DNA of 64,000 nucleotides, taken from assembly GCA_020852375.1 (NCBI GenBank), contig JADZAY010000008.1, positions 9,688-73,687 of the forward strand, written 5' to 3'. Below are positions 9,105-16,709 of this stretch, in pieces. Under the pieces are notes generated by a model. That model saw only the letters and a list, made by a program, of their open reading frames with translations. It made no database searches and had not been told where the DNA came from. The position numbers and the translations under genes were made by a program. The stretch's first letter is position 1. The number at the start of each line of letters is the position of its first letter. The stretch is from Candidatus Yanofskybacteria bacterium. Its GTDB lineage: Bacteria > Patescibacteriota > Minisyncoccia > 2-02-FULL-40-12 > GWA2-44-9.

Positions 9105-10010
9105 TTATCGCGCGCTGACAGCCCCCTCTCGGAGGAGTTGTTCGACCTCTTCGAACCCGGGCGGGAACGCGTAGTTGTATCGGGCGGGAATCGCGAAGAC
9201 GTATGCCGCGTTACGCGCGAGTTCGCCCGGTTGGAACGGAGCTGCGCTGACCGACCACTCATCGCTCTGGATATGTTTCCACTGCTCGATCGTGAACACC
9301 ATGATGGGAATGTCCTGGCGCGGTGATGTGGCCGTTGAGAGGGGGTGGGTGATATGGAGCTCGGGGCCGTCGGCGACGGGTATGGATGGCGAATCTCCCC
9401 GCATGGAAACGGCATGCCACGCTTCACGCTGAACCTTAAAACCGATCCAGCTACCGGGGAGTTGAACGCGGAGGCCGTAGGTGACGTCGTCGTACGCCGC
9501 GGCGTACGACACCGACCCTGTCGTGGCGAGCTGCGAGGCGATGGCTCGGAAGACGTCGGTTGTTTCGCGAGAGCTGTCGGCGGTCCAGAGCGCGAACCGA
9601 AGAGCGTCGCGCCCCTCATACCGGGCACAGGCTCGTCCGGGGACATCGGTGCAAAGGAGCGCGTCCGATTGCGGGCCTCCGGCGTTCAGAATTGCGAGCC
9701 CGGAAGTGTCCGGGGTCTTTCCGTTCTTAAGAACTTGGAATCCAACGACCTCCCCGGCTTCACCCTGTTCCGCTTGAGCCGGTGTTCGGTAGGCGATGGG
9801 CGCGATATACCATCCGGCGGGGGCGGTAAGGGTGATCGAGCCCCACGAGAACGAAGGCGATTCCTGCAGGGGAGAGGGAGATGGCTCCGGGGTGGTGGGA
9901 TGCGGGCGAAGTCCCCAAATGAGCCCCAGAGTGATGGTGACAGCGAGCAATATCACCATGACCCCGGTAAGGATGTGTGGTGAGGGAGAGTTTGCTGAGG
10001 GAGCGTTCAT
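9105..10010 (-). CDS. Membrane-anchored hypothetical protein
   Basis: The start is set at the internal MNAPSANS..., followed by a single TM (ILTGVMVILLAVTITLGLIWGL) and a roughly 250-aa extracytoplasmic domain with no recognised motifs. Same architecture as the neighbouring gene. Confidence 0.5.
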   Translation of the reverse strand: MNAPSANSPSPHILTGVMVILLAVTITLGLIWGLRPHPTTPEPSPSPLQESPSFSWGSITLTAPAGWYIAPIAYRTPAQAEQGEAGEVVGFQVLKNGKTPDTSGLAILNAGGPQSDALLCTDVPGRACARYEGRDALRFALWTADSSRETTDVFRAIASQLATTGSVSYAAAYDDVTYGLRVQLPGSWIGFKVQREAWHAVSMRGDSPSIPVADGPELHITHPLSTATSPRQDIPIMVFTIEQWKHIQSDEWSVSAAPFQPGELARNAAYVFAIPARYNYAFPPGFEEVEQLLREGAVSAR

Positions 10011-10012
10011 GG

Positions 10013-10618
10013 CTACTTCGTGAGTTCGAGCGATGACACGATGCGCTCCTGGAGGGCGATATCTTTGTCGATGCGATTGGTGTCGCTTGAGCAGGCCGCG
10101 AACGCAATGCGGAGCGTTTGCTGGCCGAGCGGGGCATGGAAGACCGATGCCGCGCATTCATCATCGCCGATGGTGAAGCGCACGCCCTTGCCCGTCGGCA
10201 GGTCGAGTACCTCGACGTTCTTCGGATCCATTCCATCACGAACGTTCGTGAGACTGACGGGGCGATCGATCACGCCAACAGCCATCCATCCGGACGGTCC
10301 TTTCTGACGCAGGACCTGGGTGATCTGCTCACCACCACCTCCCAGCGGGAGCACTGATTTGGTGTAGGTGATTTCCGGGAACTTCGCCACAGGGTATGCG
10401 ATCTTGAACCCGTACTCACTGTTCGGGTACCACTTCCATGCGTCCGACGGGGCGGGCGTTTTTGATGTGCTCGGGAGCGGCGTCGGGGACGGCAACACCG
10501 AGTCCGACGTGGCGGGCGTCTCTTGGGACACCGTTTCGCTGCGGGAATTCTTCAGAAACCAGCCAGCTGCCAGCACGACTACTACGACTCCGATCGCGAT
10601 TCCGATGCGTTTATTCAT
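10013..10618 (-). CDS. Membrane-anchored hypothetical protein
   Basis: The start is set at MNKRIGIAIGVVVVVLAAGWFL (N-terminal TM). A Ser/Thr/Pro-rich linker is followed by a roughly 130-aa domain. The upstream part of track ORF 10013..10939 is Arg/Ser-rich and probably noncoding. Confidence 0.5.
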   Translation of the reverse strand: MNKRIGIAIGVVVVVLAAGWFLKNSRSETVSQETPATSDSVLPSPTPLPSTSKTPAPSDAWKWYPNSEYGFKIAYPVAKFPEITYTKSVLPLGGGGEQITQVLRQKGPSGWMAVGVIDRPVSLTNVRDGMDPKNVEVLDLPTGKGVRFTIGDDECAASVFHAPLGQQTLRIAFAACSSDTNRIDKDIALQERIVSSLELTK

Positions 10619-10670
10619 ACCCGTACTATGCCAAAAAATGCCGATCCCCGCTAGAGGCGGGGATCGGGGG

Positions 10671-11300
10671 CTACTCTTCGTCGTGTCGGATGCGCGGAGG
10701 CATGAATCCGGTGAGAGTTGCTTCCGGTTTTTCGGTCCGAACCGGTTTTCGGGGGGTTGGCGTGCCAGTTCGGGAGCGGCTTCCCGGAATGCGCATGAGC
10801 ACCTTCTTGTGTTCGTCCAGGTCGTAGTAGTTGTTGACCGCTTCTTTGAGCTTGAGCGAGGTCGAGCGACCGAACGAGACCGCTTCAACGATGAGTCCGT
10901 TATGGCGCAGGTATTCGACGAGGGGAACGAAGTCGCCATCGCCGGTCACCAGGACGGCAACATCGAGCTGCTTCGCCATCGAGATGACGTCAACGGCCAT
11001 ACCGACATCCCAGTCTGCTTTTTTGGCGCCGCCGGCAAAGACCTGGAGGTCTTTCATTTTCAGTTCCAGTCCGCTCTTTTCGAGCGCCTCGAAGAACGGC
11101 TGCTCTTCGGTTTCGCCGCTTTTGACGACGTATACGAGCGCCCGGACGATCTGGCGGTCTGCAACGGCGAGCTTCAACAGCTCGGCAAAATTGATGCGAG
11201 CGTTATGGAGGTGCTTCGCGGAGTGGTACAGGTTCTGCATGTCCACGAACACTCCAACACGGTGGTTACTCCGCGGTTTGATGGTGACCTTGTCCGGCAT
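10671..11300 (-). CDS. NYN-domain (LabA-like, PIN-related) putative ribonuclease
   Basis: The pattern VGVFVDMQNLYHSA...LVYV...GETEEQ...GDGDFVPLVEYLRHNGLIVEAVSF matches the NYN/LabA fold with conserved acidic residues. It is followed by a basic C-terminal tail. Confidence 0.75.
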   Translation of the reverse strand: MPDKVTIKPRSNHRVGVFVDMQNLYHSAKHLHNARINFAELLKLAVADRQIVRALVYVVKSGETEEQPFFEALEKSGLELKMKDLQVFAGGAKKADWDVGMAVDVISMAKQLDVAVLVTGDGDFVPLVEYLRHNGLIVEAVSFGRSTSLKLKEAVNNYYDLDEHKKVLMRIPGSRSRTGTPTPRKPVRTEKPEATLTGFMPPRIRHDEE

Positions 11301-11305
11301 AGCGA

Positions 11306-11572
11306 TTACTTCTTGAGGCCGAGCTTCGACGCGAGTTTCGCGTAGCGCTTTTCGTCGGTGCGCTTGAGGTAGTCGAGCAAGCGCTTGCGCTTGGCGACCA
11401 TCTTCAACAGACCCACGCGGGAGCTGTTGTCCTTTGCGTGCTTCTTCAAATGTTTCGTGAGGGCCTCGATCTCAGCGGTGAACAGGGCGATCTGGCTCTC
11501 CGGCGAGCCCGTGTCCTTTGTGTGGACCTGGTGCTCGGCGATCAACTTCGACTTCTGCTTCGGTGTAAGCAT
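11306..11572 (-). CDS. rpsO: 30S ribosomal protein S15
   Basis: 88 aa, reading MLTPKQKSKLIAEHQVHTKDTGSPESQIALFTAEIEALTKHLKKHAKDNSSRVGLLKMVAKRKRLLDYLK, a canonical S15. Confidence 0.95.
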   Translation of the reverse strand: MLTPKQKSKLIAEHQVHTKDTGSPESQIALFTAEIEALTKHLKKHAKDNSSRVGLLKMVAKRKRLLDYLKRTDEKRYAKLASKLGLKK

Positions 11573-11678
11573 GAAATGGTCACGGACACATCAGAAACCA
11601 ATGGAATCCGACGAGCCGTCGTTAGTGGTGGCTACAGCCACCTGACTGACACTACTCCTCCAGAATAGCATACTTTTC

Positions 11679-11711
11679 ACAAAAAAACAAGACCCGCCTA
11701 CATGGCGGGTC
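11679..11711 (-). terminator. Rho-independent terminator (minus strand) after the gene at 11733..12146
   Basis: On the minus strand the stem GACCCGCC / GGCGGGTC is followed by TTGTTTTTTTGTG. Confidence 0.6.
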
Positions 11712-11732
11712 GGATTGTCGGGAGTAGGGGGA

Positions 11733-12146
11733 CTACAGACCCCACTTGGCTCGCTTGGCGGCAGCCTCGGCCTCGGCTTTCTGCGTCTCGGCTTTTGCAG
11801 CGACCTCGGTGCGCTCTTTCGCTTCGAACCAGAGAGTATTGAGGACCGCTTCCCAGTCACCGGGGACGAAGCATTCGATCTCTTGCGCCGTCTTGCTGAA
11901 CACCAGAGATTCGGAGGCGTGGATCGTGACTTGGAACAGGAATCCGCCTGCTACGATGAACGCCGAGCTAGTAGCAACTCGGAGTCCATCGCGTTCGAAC
12001 TCGACTATCCTTTCAGAGGCCCCAAAGTAATAGCGGAGCCGTTCTTTGCCGAGCTGCTGTACGATAAGCCGTGCCTTCTCCTCGATTTTCTTGTCTCTTG
12101 CTTCCTGCTTACGTTCTTCGATTGCTTTCACTAGCCCTTCGCTCAT
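11733..12146 (-). CDS. Hypothetical protein
   Basis: 137 aa with normal composition, no recognised motif, and its own downstream terminator. Confidence 0.5.
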   Translation of the reverse strand: MSEGLVKAIEERKQEARDKKIEEKARLIVQQLGKERLRYYFGASERIVEFERDGLRVATSSAFIVAGGFLFQVTIHASESLVFSKTAQEIECFVPGDWEAVLNTLWFEAKERTEVAAKAETQKAEAEAAAKRAKWGL

Positions 12147-12241
12147 ACTGCACTCCTTTGCATGTGCTGGTTTCTTTTACCGATTCATGAGCACCCTGTC
12201 AATAGCGAAAGAAAACCCCGCCGGTGATGGCGGGGGAGGGG

Positions 12242-12526
12242 TCAGAATCCTGCTGTCCTTGGTGGCGGCACCAGCTTCGTTTTGCGGGGACCGAACAGGA
12301 GGCGCCAGAGTGGACCGAAGATTCGGTACTCGATGAGGACGGAGCGTGCGTGGCAGTGTCCGGCCGGACAGGTCAGATACACATATGCCTCGCCGATGCC
12401 CAGGAATCCCGGTTCCCAGTCCGTGTCGCTCTGGTCGAATTCGAAAACCGTCTTGCAGATACGGCACTCTGCCCGACCGTGACGGGTCTTTCTCGGGTCG
12501 GGTGATTCGCGCACGATCGTGGCCAT
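12242..12526 (-). CDS. Small Cys-rich (zinc-ribbon-like) hypothetical protein
   Basis: 94 aa with a CRIC...CPAGHC arrangement. The start overlaps the stop of the upstream pseudopilin gene, suggesting translational coupling. Confidence 0.4.
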   Translation of the reverse strand: MATIVRESPDPRKTRHGRAECRICKTVFEFDQSDTDWEPGFLGIGEAYVYLTCPAGHCHARSVLIEYRIFGPLWRLLFGPRKTKLVPPPRTAGF

Positions 12527-12528
12527 GC

Positions 12529-12900
12529 TCAGAACCCTTCCTTCTTCGCGATGGCGTGAATGCGGATGCAGTCCTGCGAGGGACCGCGCTCACGCTCTGC
12601 CACCCTATCAAGTTGACCCTGGACGAGCGTTCGGTCGAGTGTCCCTGGCGGAAGCGGTAGGATCGCTTCGGGTTCGGGGCATAGGGCGGCGATGCGCGCT
12701 TGGACGAATGGCCGCAGGACTTCGATCTGGGCAGGGGTGAGCGGTGTGGACAGATTTCGGAACTCGCCGCCGAATAGGAATTTGCGGTCGACTTCCCGTT
12801 TCGCCGCGAGCAGGGATGAGATTGCGATCGATGCTATGACCCCGATGACCGCGAGAACGACGAGAAGCTCGATGAGCGTGAAGCCGCGCTGGTTGCGCAT
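12529..12900 (-). CDS. Prepilin-type N-terminal cleavage/methylation domain protein (pseudopilin)
   Basis: The N-terminus MRNQRGFTLIELLVVLAVIGVIASIA is a class III (type IV pilin) signal. Confidence 0.7.
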   Translation of the reverse strand: MRNQRGFTLIELLVVLAVIGVIASIAISSLLAAKREVDRKFLFGGEFRNLSTPLTPAQIEVLRPFVQARIAALCPEPEAILPLPPGTLDRTLVQGQLDRVAERERGPSQDCIRIHAIAKKEGF

Positions 12901-13133
12901 AACATCCTCCGTTGTAAGGGAACGAACCTTTCTAGCGAATTATCCACAGGATGTCAATTTCGACATTGTGCGACCTGTGCATGGTGCTAAAATTGAAGAA
13001 CGTTCAGATTCGGATAAGCTGCGAGGCGCGGGCGAGGAACGGAGCGAGCCGTATCAAGGCATACGGTGAGCGAGTACCAGAGCGGGCGTGCGAAGCCGCC
13101 ATACACCGCAACAAAGCAGATCGCCGAATATGA

Positions 13134-14078
13134 ATGTTCGTGACTATGCCGACACTGAAGCAACTCAAGAACGAATACCTCGAATATCTGGAGATCGAGC
13201 GGAACCGCGCGCTCAAGACAATCGAGAACTACGGGCGCTACCTCGAGCGGTTCATTCATTTCGCATCGAGCACTGCGGGGGAAGATGTTGCCGATCTCAA
13301 TGAGGACGTCATCCGGCAATACCGCTTATGGTTGAATCGATTCAAAGACTCCGAAACGGGGGAGCCGTTGAAGCGCATCACACAGAATTACCACATCATC
13401 GCGCTACGGAACTTTCTGAAGTATTTGGTCAAGCGGCAGATCAAATCGGTCGCTCCCGAGCGGGTTGAGCTGGGAAAACAAGAGGATCGACAGGTGAGTT
13501 TCTTGGAGCCCAGCGAACTCGAGCGGCTCCTCGATGCTCCGGAAGGCTCCGATCTTCCTGCGCTCCGTGATCGCGCGCTGTTGGCGACGCTGTTCTCGAC
13601 CGGTATGCGCGTGAGCGAGTTGTGCTCGCTGAATCGGGATATGGTATCGGTTGAGCGCGGTGAGCTTTCGGTGCGTGGAAAGGGTGGCAAGGTGCGCCCG
13701 GTGTTCGTTGCCGACGACGCGGCGAAGCACCTGCAAGAATGGATGAAAGCGCGCTCGGATCTGGATCAAGCGCTCTTTATCCGCATCCCGCGCAATCAGC
13801 GGTTCGGTTCGTATGAAGATCTCCGTCTGACGCCGCGCTCGGTCCAGCGCATTGTGAAGGGCCACGCGATCGCCGCGGGCATTGTGGGGAAAAAGGTCAG
13901 CCCGCACACGCTTCGGCATTCATTCGCGACCGATCTGCTTCGCAACGGGGCCGACATTCGCTCCGTACAGGCCATGCTTGGCCATTCCAGCGTGACGACG
14001 ACGCAGATCTACACCCACGTCACCGACAAGGGACTCAAAGAGGTGCACCAGAAGTTTTTGAAGGGCGGCAAGCGCTAG
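13134..14078 (+). CDS. Tyrosine recombinase, XerC/XerD family
   Basis: It has an N-terminal SAM-like core-binding domain. The C-terminal catalytic motifs include R..., HTLRHSFATDLLRNGADIRSVQAMLGHSSVTTTQIYTHV (RHRH + Tyr). MPTLKQL at 13146 is an alternative start. Confidence 0.88.
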   Translation: MFVTMPTLKQLKNEYLEYLEIERNRALKTIENYGRYLERFIHFASSTAGEDVADLNEDVIRQYRLWLNRFKDSETGEPLKRITQNYHIIALRNFLKYLVKRQIKSVAPERVELGKQEDRQVSFLEPSELERLLDAPEGSDLPALRDRALLATLFSTGMRVSELCSLNRDMVSVERGELSVRGKGGKVRPVFVADDAAKHLQEWMKARSDLDQALFIRIPRNQRFGSYEDLRLTPRSVQRIVKGHAIAAGIVGKKVSPHTLRHSFATDLLRNGADIRSVQAMLGHSSVTTTQIYTHVTDKGLKEVHQKFLKGGKR

Positions 14079-14107
14079 GGAAATCCCCTTGCGCAGAGGA
14101 GCGGCAC

Positions 14108-14854
14108 ATGCACAATACACTGCATATGCCGAACGTTTTGATACCGATGGCAACGCGGGCACTCGGAGGTGATCGAGTCGGGACGCTGCATTTTGCACGA
14201 GCACCCTATGTGTGGCAGTTGGTGGAACGGGGAATCGAGCCGGTGCTCGTGTCTTCGCTGTTGACATCCGACATGATCGCGCGGGCGTACGCGGCAAGCG
14301 ACGGTCTCTTGTGCATGGGGGGAGGCGATCTCGATGCGCGGTGGTACGGACACGAAAATCATGCGCTCAACGATCGCGCAGAGCCAGAGCGCGACATGCT
14401 CGAACTGGCCCTGATCCGAATGGCGATCGCCGATCGGAAGCCGTTCCTTGGTATTTGTCGCGGCATGCAGGCGCTGGCGGTCGCAATGGGTGGATCGCTG
14501 TACCAGCACATTCCCGATATTCCCGGAACGGAGGAGCATGGGATCGGGGAGGGGAACGGATACGATGCGCTGTTGCATCGGAGGAAACACGTGGTACGTA
14601 TCGCTCCGTACACCCGCGTGCGGAGTATCCTCGGAGCCGATGAGGTGCACATGAATTCAGGGCATCATCAGGCGGTTGCATCGCTGGGGGCGGGACTTCG
14701 AGAGGCAGGGGCCACAGCGGATGGCGTCCTTGAGTTCATTGAGCACCGAGACCCGGGATATTTCTGCGTCGGCGTTCAGGGGCACCCCGAAGCCCAGGAC
14801 GATCCTGTGGCGCGCCGGTTATTCGATGCCTTTTCGGATGCCGTGGCCGGTTGA
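14108..14854 (+). CDS. Class I glutamine amidotransferase-like, gamma-glutamyl-GABA hydrolase family (peptidase C26)
   Basis: Nucleophile elbow FLGICRGMQALAVAMGGSL, with downstream His/Glu (GHHQ...GVQGHPE). Confidence 0.75.
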   Translation: MHNTLHMPNVLIPMATRALGGDRVGTLHFARAPYVWQLVERGIEPVLVSSLLTSDMIARAYAASDGLLCMGGGDLDARWYGHENHALNDRAEPERDMLELALIRMAIADRKPFLGICRGMQALAVAMGGSLYQHIPDIPGTEEHGIGEGNGYDALLHRRKHVVRIAPYTRVRSILGADEVHMNSGHHQAVASLGAGLREAGATADGVLEFIEHRDPGYFCVGVQGHPEAQDDPVARRLFDAFSDAVAG

Positions 14855-14966
14855 GCTGTGGCGATGGAATGGTACAATGAGCCGGTACTGCTCTCGAACA
14901 TCCGCCGATCGTTCGTGGTGTGCATCGCCTCGGGCTATGCATGGGCGCATGACGACGGGTATCGCT

Positions 14967-15089
14967 ATGGACGAGCAGAAATGCACGCAGTGCGGAGGAG
15001 AGGTCCAGGATGGAAAGTGTGTCGAATGTGGCGCGGAGGCGCCAGCGGCTGAGCCGACCACCGAGGCTCCTGCCGAAGAGGCGTTCTAA
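14967..15089 (+). CDS. Possible small zinc-ribbon protein
   Basis: 40 aa, MDEQKCTQCGGEVQDGKCVECGAEA..., with a CxxC-N9-CxxC arrangement. Weak call. Confidence 0.25.
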   Translation: MDEQKCTQCGGEVQDGKCVECGAEAPAAEPTTEAPAEEAF

Positions 15090-15144
15090 CACCGTTCCGA
15101 ACGTATGAAAACAGCCGAGAGCGTTCGCTCTCGGCTGTTGCCGT

Positions 15145-15954
15145 CTACTGGACGGGGGACTTGGGGACGGGGCCCTTGTCCTGGGCCCACAGGAGCAGGT
15201 CCTCGACCGTGAAGTATCCGTAGTTGTTCGAGCTCTGCTCGACGGGGTTGAGCCAGAACCAGATCGGGTGGGCCATTTTCGGGGGATTCTCCTTCGGGAG
15301 CCAGCGGGGGGAGAGGGCGAAGTATCCCTTCCCGGCCGCCTTGAGGCGACTGGGCAACGCCGTGGCCCGGTACACCTCTTCGGTGGCGTCGCGCAGGCGG
15401 AGGCGCTCGAGATCGGCTGCCTTCATCGTATCCAGCGTCTCGCGCGGGACACGGGACCTGATGACAATGACGAGCCCGGTACCACCGAACGGAGCCGCGC
15501 TCGAGCAGAAGATCAGGGCGTCCTTTTCGAGGAGCGCCTTGTGGATCTCGCCGAGACCGATGCCGGTCGTGGTGCGGATGACGAAGTCGCTCTCGTCCCA
15601 GCATGCGACGGTCTCGTCCTCGGGGAAGAGGCGAAAGGTTCGGTCGAAAAGCTCCGCGCTTGGCGTTTGGCCCTGGAGCAGGTCGTTGATGAACCGGTAG
15701 CAGAGCAGGTAGTCCTTGCCGTTCAGGTTCTCGTAGAACCGCATGTACGAAGGGACGCGCGTGGTCGTACGGACATCGGCGCCCACCAGGTCGTGCCCGC
15801 CGGGAACATGCCGCGGGCTGCCGGGAATCCCGAACTCGTCCATGATGATGCGGATGCCGAATTCGTGTTCGGCCGCCGCATCCCATCCGAGACAGATGCC
15901 GACGACGCGCTTCTTGTTCTCGATCAAGCCGACATCGAACATGCCAGGCTTCAT
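15145..15954 (-). CDS. Hypothetical protein (269 aa)
   Basis: Normal composition. It is preceded by a near-consensus promoter and an AGGAGG RBS 6 nt before the ATG. The overlapping Arg-rich ORF 15086..15985 in another frame is judged spurious. Confidence 0.6.
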   Translation of the reverse strand: MKPGMFDVGLIENKKRVVGICLGWDAAAEHEFGIRIIMDEFGIPGSPRHVPGGHDLVGADVRTTTRVPSYMRFYENLNGKDYLLCYRFINDLLQGQTPSAELFDRTFRLFPEDETVACWDESDFVIRTTTGIGLGEIHKALLEKDALIFCSSAAPFGGTGLVIVIRSRVPRETLDTMKAADLERLRLRDATEEVYRATALPSRLKAAGKGYFALSPRWLPKENPPKMAHPIWFWLNPVEQSSNNYGYFTVEDLLLWAQDKGPVPKSPVQ

Positions 15955-15985
15955 ACCGCCTCCTGAGTGTGAAACGTGCCGACAT

Positions 15986-16013
15986 TATTATACGCTTTCA
16001 TAGTATATTGTCA
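15986..16013 (-). promoter_or_regulatory. Sigma70-like promoter (TTGACA-N16-TATAAT) for the gene at 15145..15954
   Basis: On the minus strand, TTGACAATATACTATGAAAGCGTATAAT is followed about 25 nt later by AGGAGGCGGTATG. Confidence 0.55.
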
Positions 16014-16112
16014 AGAATCCGCGGGGGTGGCACATCGCTCCGGGCTTCGATTCCTACCGCAACCACCAATGACAGAACAGGGACTGCCATTCGGCAGCCC
16101 CTGTTCTGTATG

Positions 16113-16184
16113 TGCTCTCGGTAGGAATCGAACCTACATTTCCTCCTTCGGAGGGAGATGTCCTATCCATTGAACGACGAGAGC
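16113..16184 (-). tRNA. tRNA-Arg (anticodon CCG)
   Basis: Cloverleaf read by eye. Acceptor GCTCTCG/CGAGAGC. Anticodon loop CUCCGAA. T-arm GGTTCGATTCC. CCA is not encoded. Confidence 0.75.
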
Positions 16185-16185
16185 G

Positions 16186-16270
16186 TGGTGCCCGGGGTCG
16201 GAGTCGAACCGACACGCCTTGCGGCAATCGATCTTAAGTCGATCGTGTCTGCCAATTTCACCACCCGGGC
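16186..16270 (-). tRNA. tRNA-Leu (anticodon UAA)
   Basis: 85 nt with a long variable arm. Acceptor GCCCGGG/CCCGGGC. Anticodon loop ACUUAAGA. CCA is encoded. It sits 1 nt from tRNA-Arg. Confidence 0.8.
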
Positions 16271-16303
16271 TTTCGTGATGGCGATATTCTTCAGTGCACC
16301 CCT

Positions 16304-16378
16304 TGGAGGCGGCGGCGGGAATCGAACCCGCGTGTAAGAGTTTTGCAGACTCTCGCCTTACCACTTGGCTACGCCGCC
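16304..16378 (-). tRNA. tRNA-Cys (anticodon GCA)
   Basis: Sequence GGCGGCGTAGCCAAGTGGTAAGGCGAGAGTCTGCAAAACTCTTACACGCGGGTTCGATTCCCGCCGCCGCCTCCA. Acceptor GGCGGCG/CGCCGCC. Loop CUGCAAA. Discriminator U. CCA is encoded. Confidence 0.8.
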
Positions 16379-16389
16379 AAGGGGTGCAC

Positions 16390-16635
16390 TCAATGAACGC
16401 GATGAAGGGATTTTAGGCACTCCTTCTGCTGGTGGGATCTTAGGAGTCTTTCCATTTTGACGGCTTCGCTTCGAGATGGCAACATTCGCACCTCAACGAG
16501 TTTCCACGGACGGTTCGGTTTTGTAGATCGAACGCGACCCGCATTGTGCAGCTTCAGGCGGTGATCGACATTCTCCGTAGAGCCAATATACATGTCTCCG
16601 TTCCGCTGGCTTATCAGCACATATGCGTAGAACAT
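16390..16635 (-). CDS. GIY-YIG nuclease domain protein (81 aa, stand-alone catalytic domain)
   Basis: MFYAYVLISQRNGDMYIGSTENVDHRLKLHNAGRVRSTKPNRPWKLVEV matches the GIY-YIG motifs (YVL/YIG...R...H N ... PW.L). It lies between an intact tRNA-Cys and a truncated tRNA-Cys 5' half. Confidence 0.75.
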   Translation of the reverse strand: MFYAYVLISQRNGDMYIGSTENVDHRLKLHNAGRVRSTKPNRPWKLVEVRMLPSRSEAVKMERLLRSHQQKECLKSLHRVH

Positions 16636-16674
16636 TGTGTTTTGTCTCGCTTCGCGAGATCTCGCAGAGCGAGA

Positions 16675-16708
16675 CAGACTCTCGCCTTACCACTTGGCTA
16701 CTGCGCCG
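16675..16708 (-). pseudogene. Truncated tRNA-Cys-like 5' half (acceptor through anticodon position 34), interrupted by a palindrome
   Basis: The minus-strand read GGCGCAGTAGCCAAGTGGTAAGGCGAGAGTCTG matches positions 1-34 of the tRNA-Cys at 16304..16378. Only 3 acceptor-stem nucleotides differ. A 30-32 nt imperfect palindrome (16644-16675) follows, then CAAAAC (the rest of the Cys anticodon loop), and 9 nt later the GIY-YIG ATG. Confidence 0.6.
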
Positions 16709-16709
16709 A

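Noticed and set aside
15086-15985. 299-aa Arg/Pro-rich ORF overlapping the 15145..15954 gene in another frame
   Set aside because: It has extreme Arg/Pro/Gly composition typical of out-of-frame translation of GC-rich coding DNA. The overlapping frame has normal composition plus a consensus promoter and RBS.
16304-16708. Group I intron (with homing endonuclease) inside a single tRNA-Cys gene
   Set aside because: The downstream tRNA-Cys is complete with its own 5' half. The acceptor 5' strand of the upstream fragment (GGCGCAG) does not pair with the 3' strand of the intact gene. A duplication or insertion footprint fits better than a spliceable intron.
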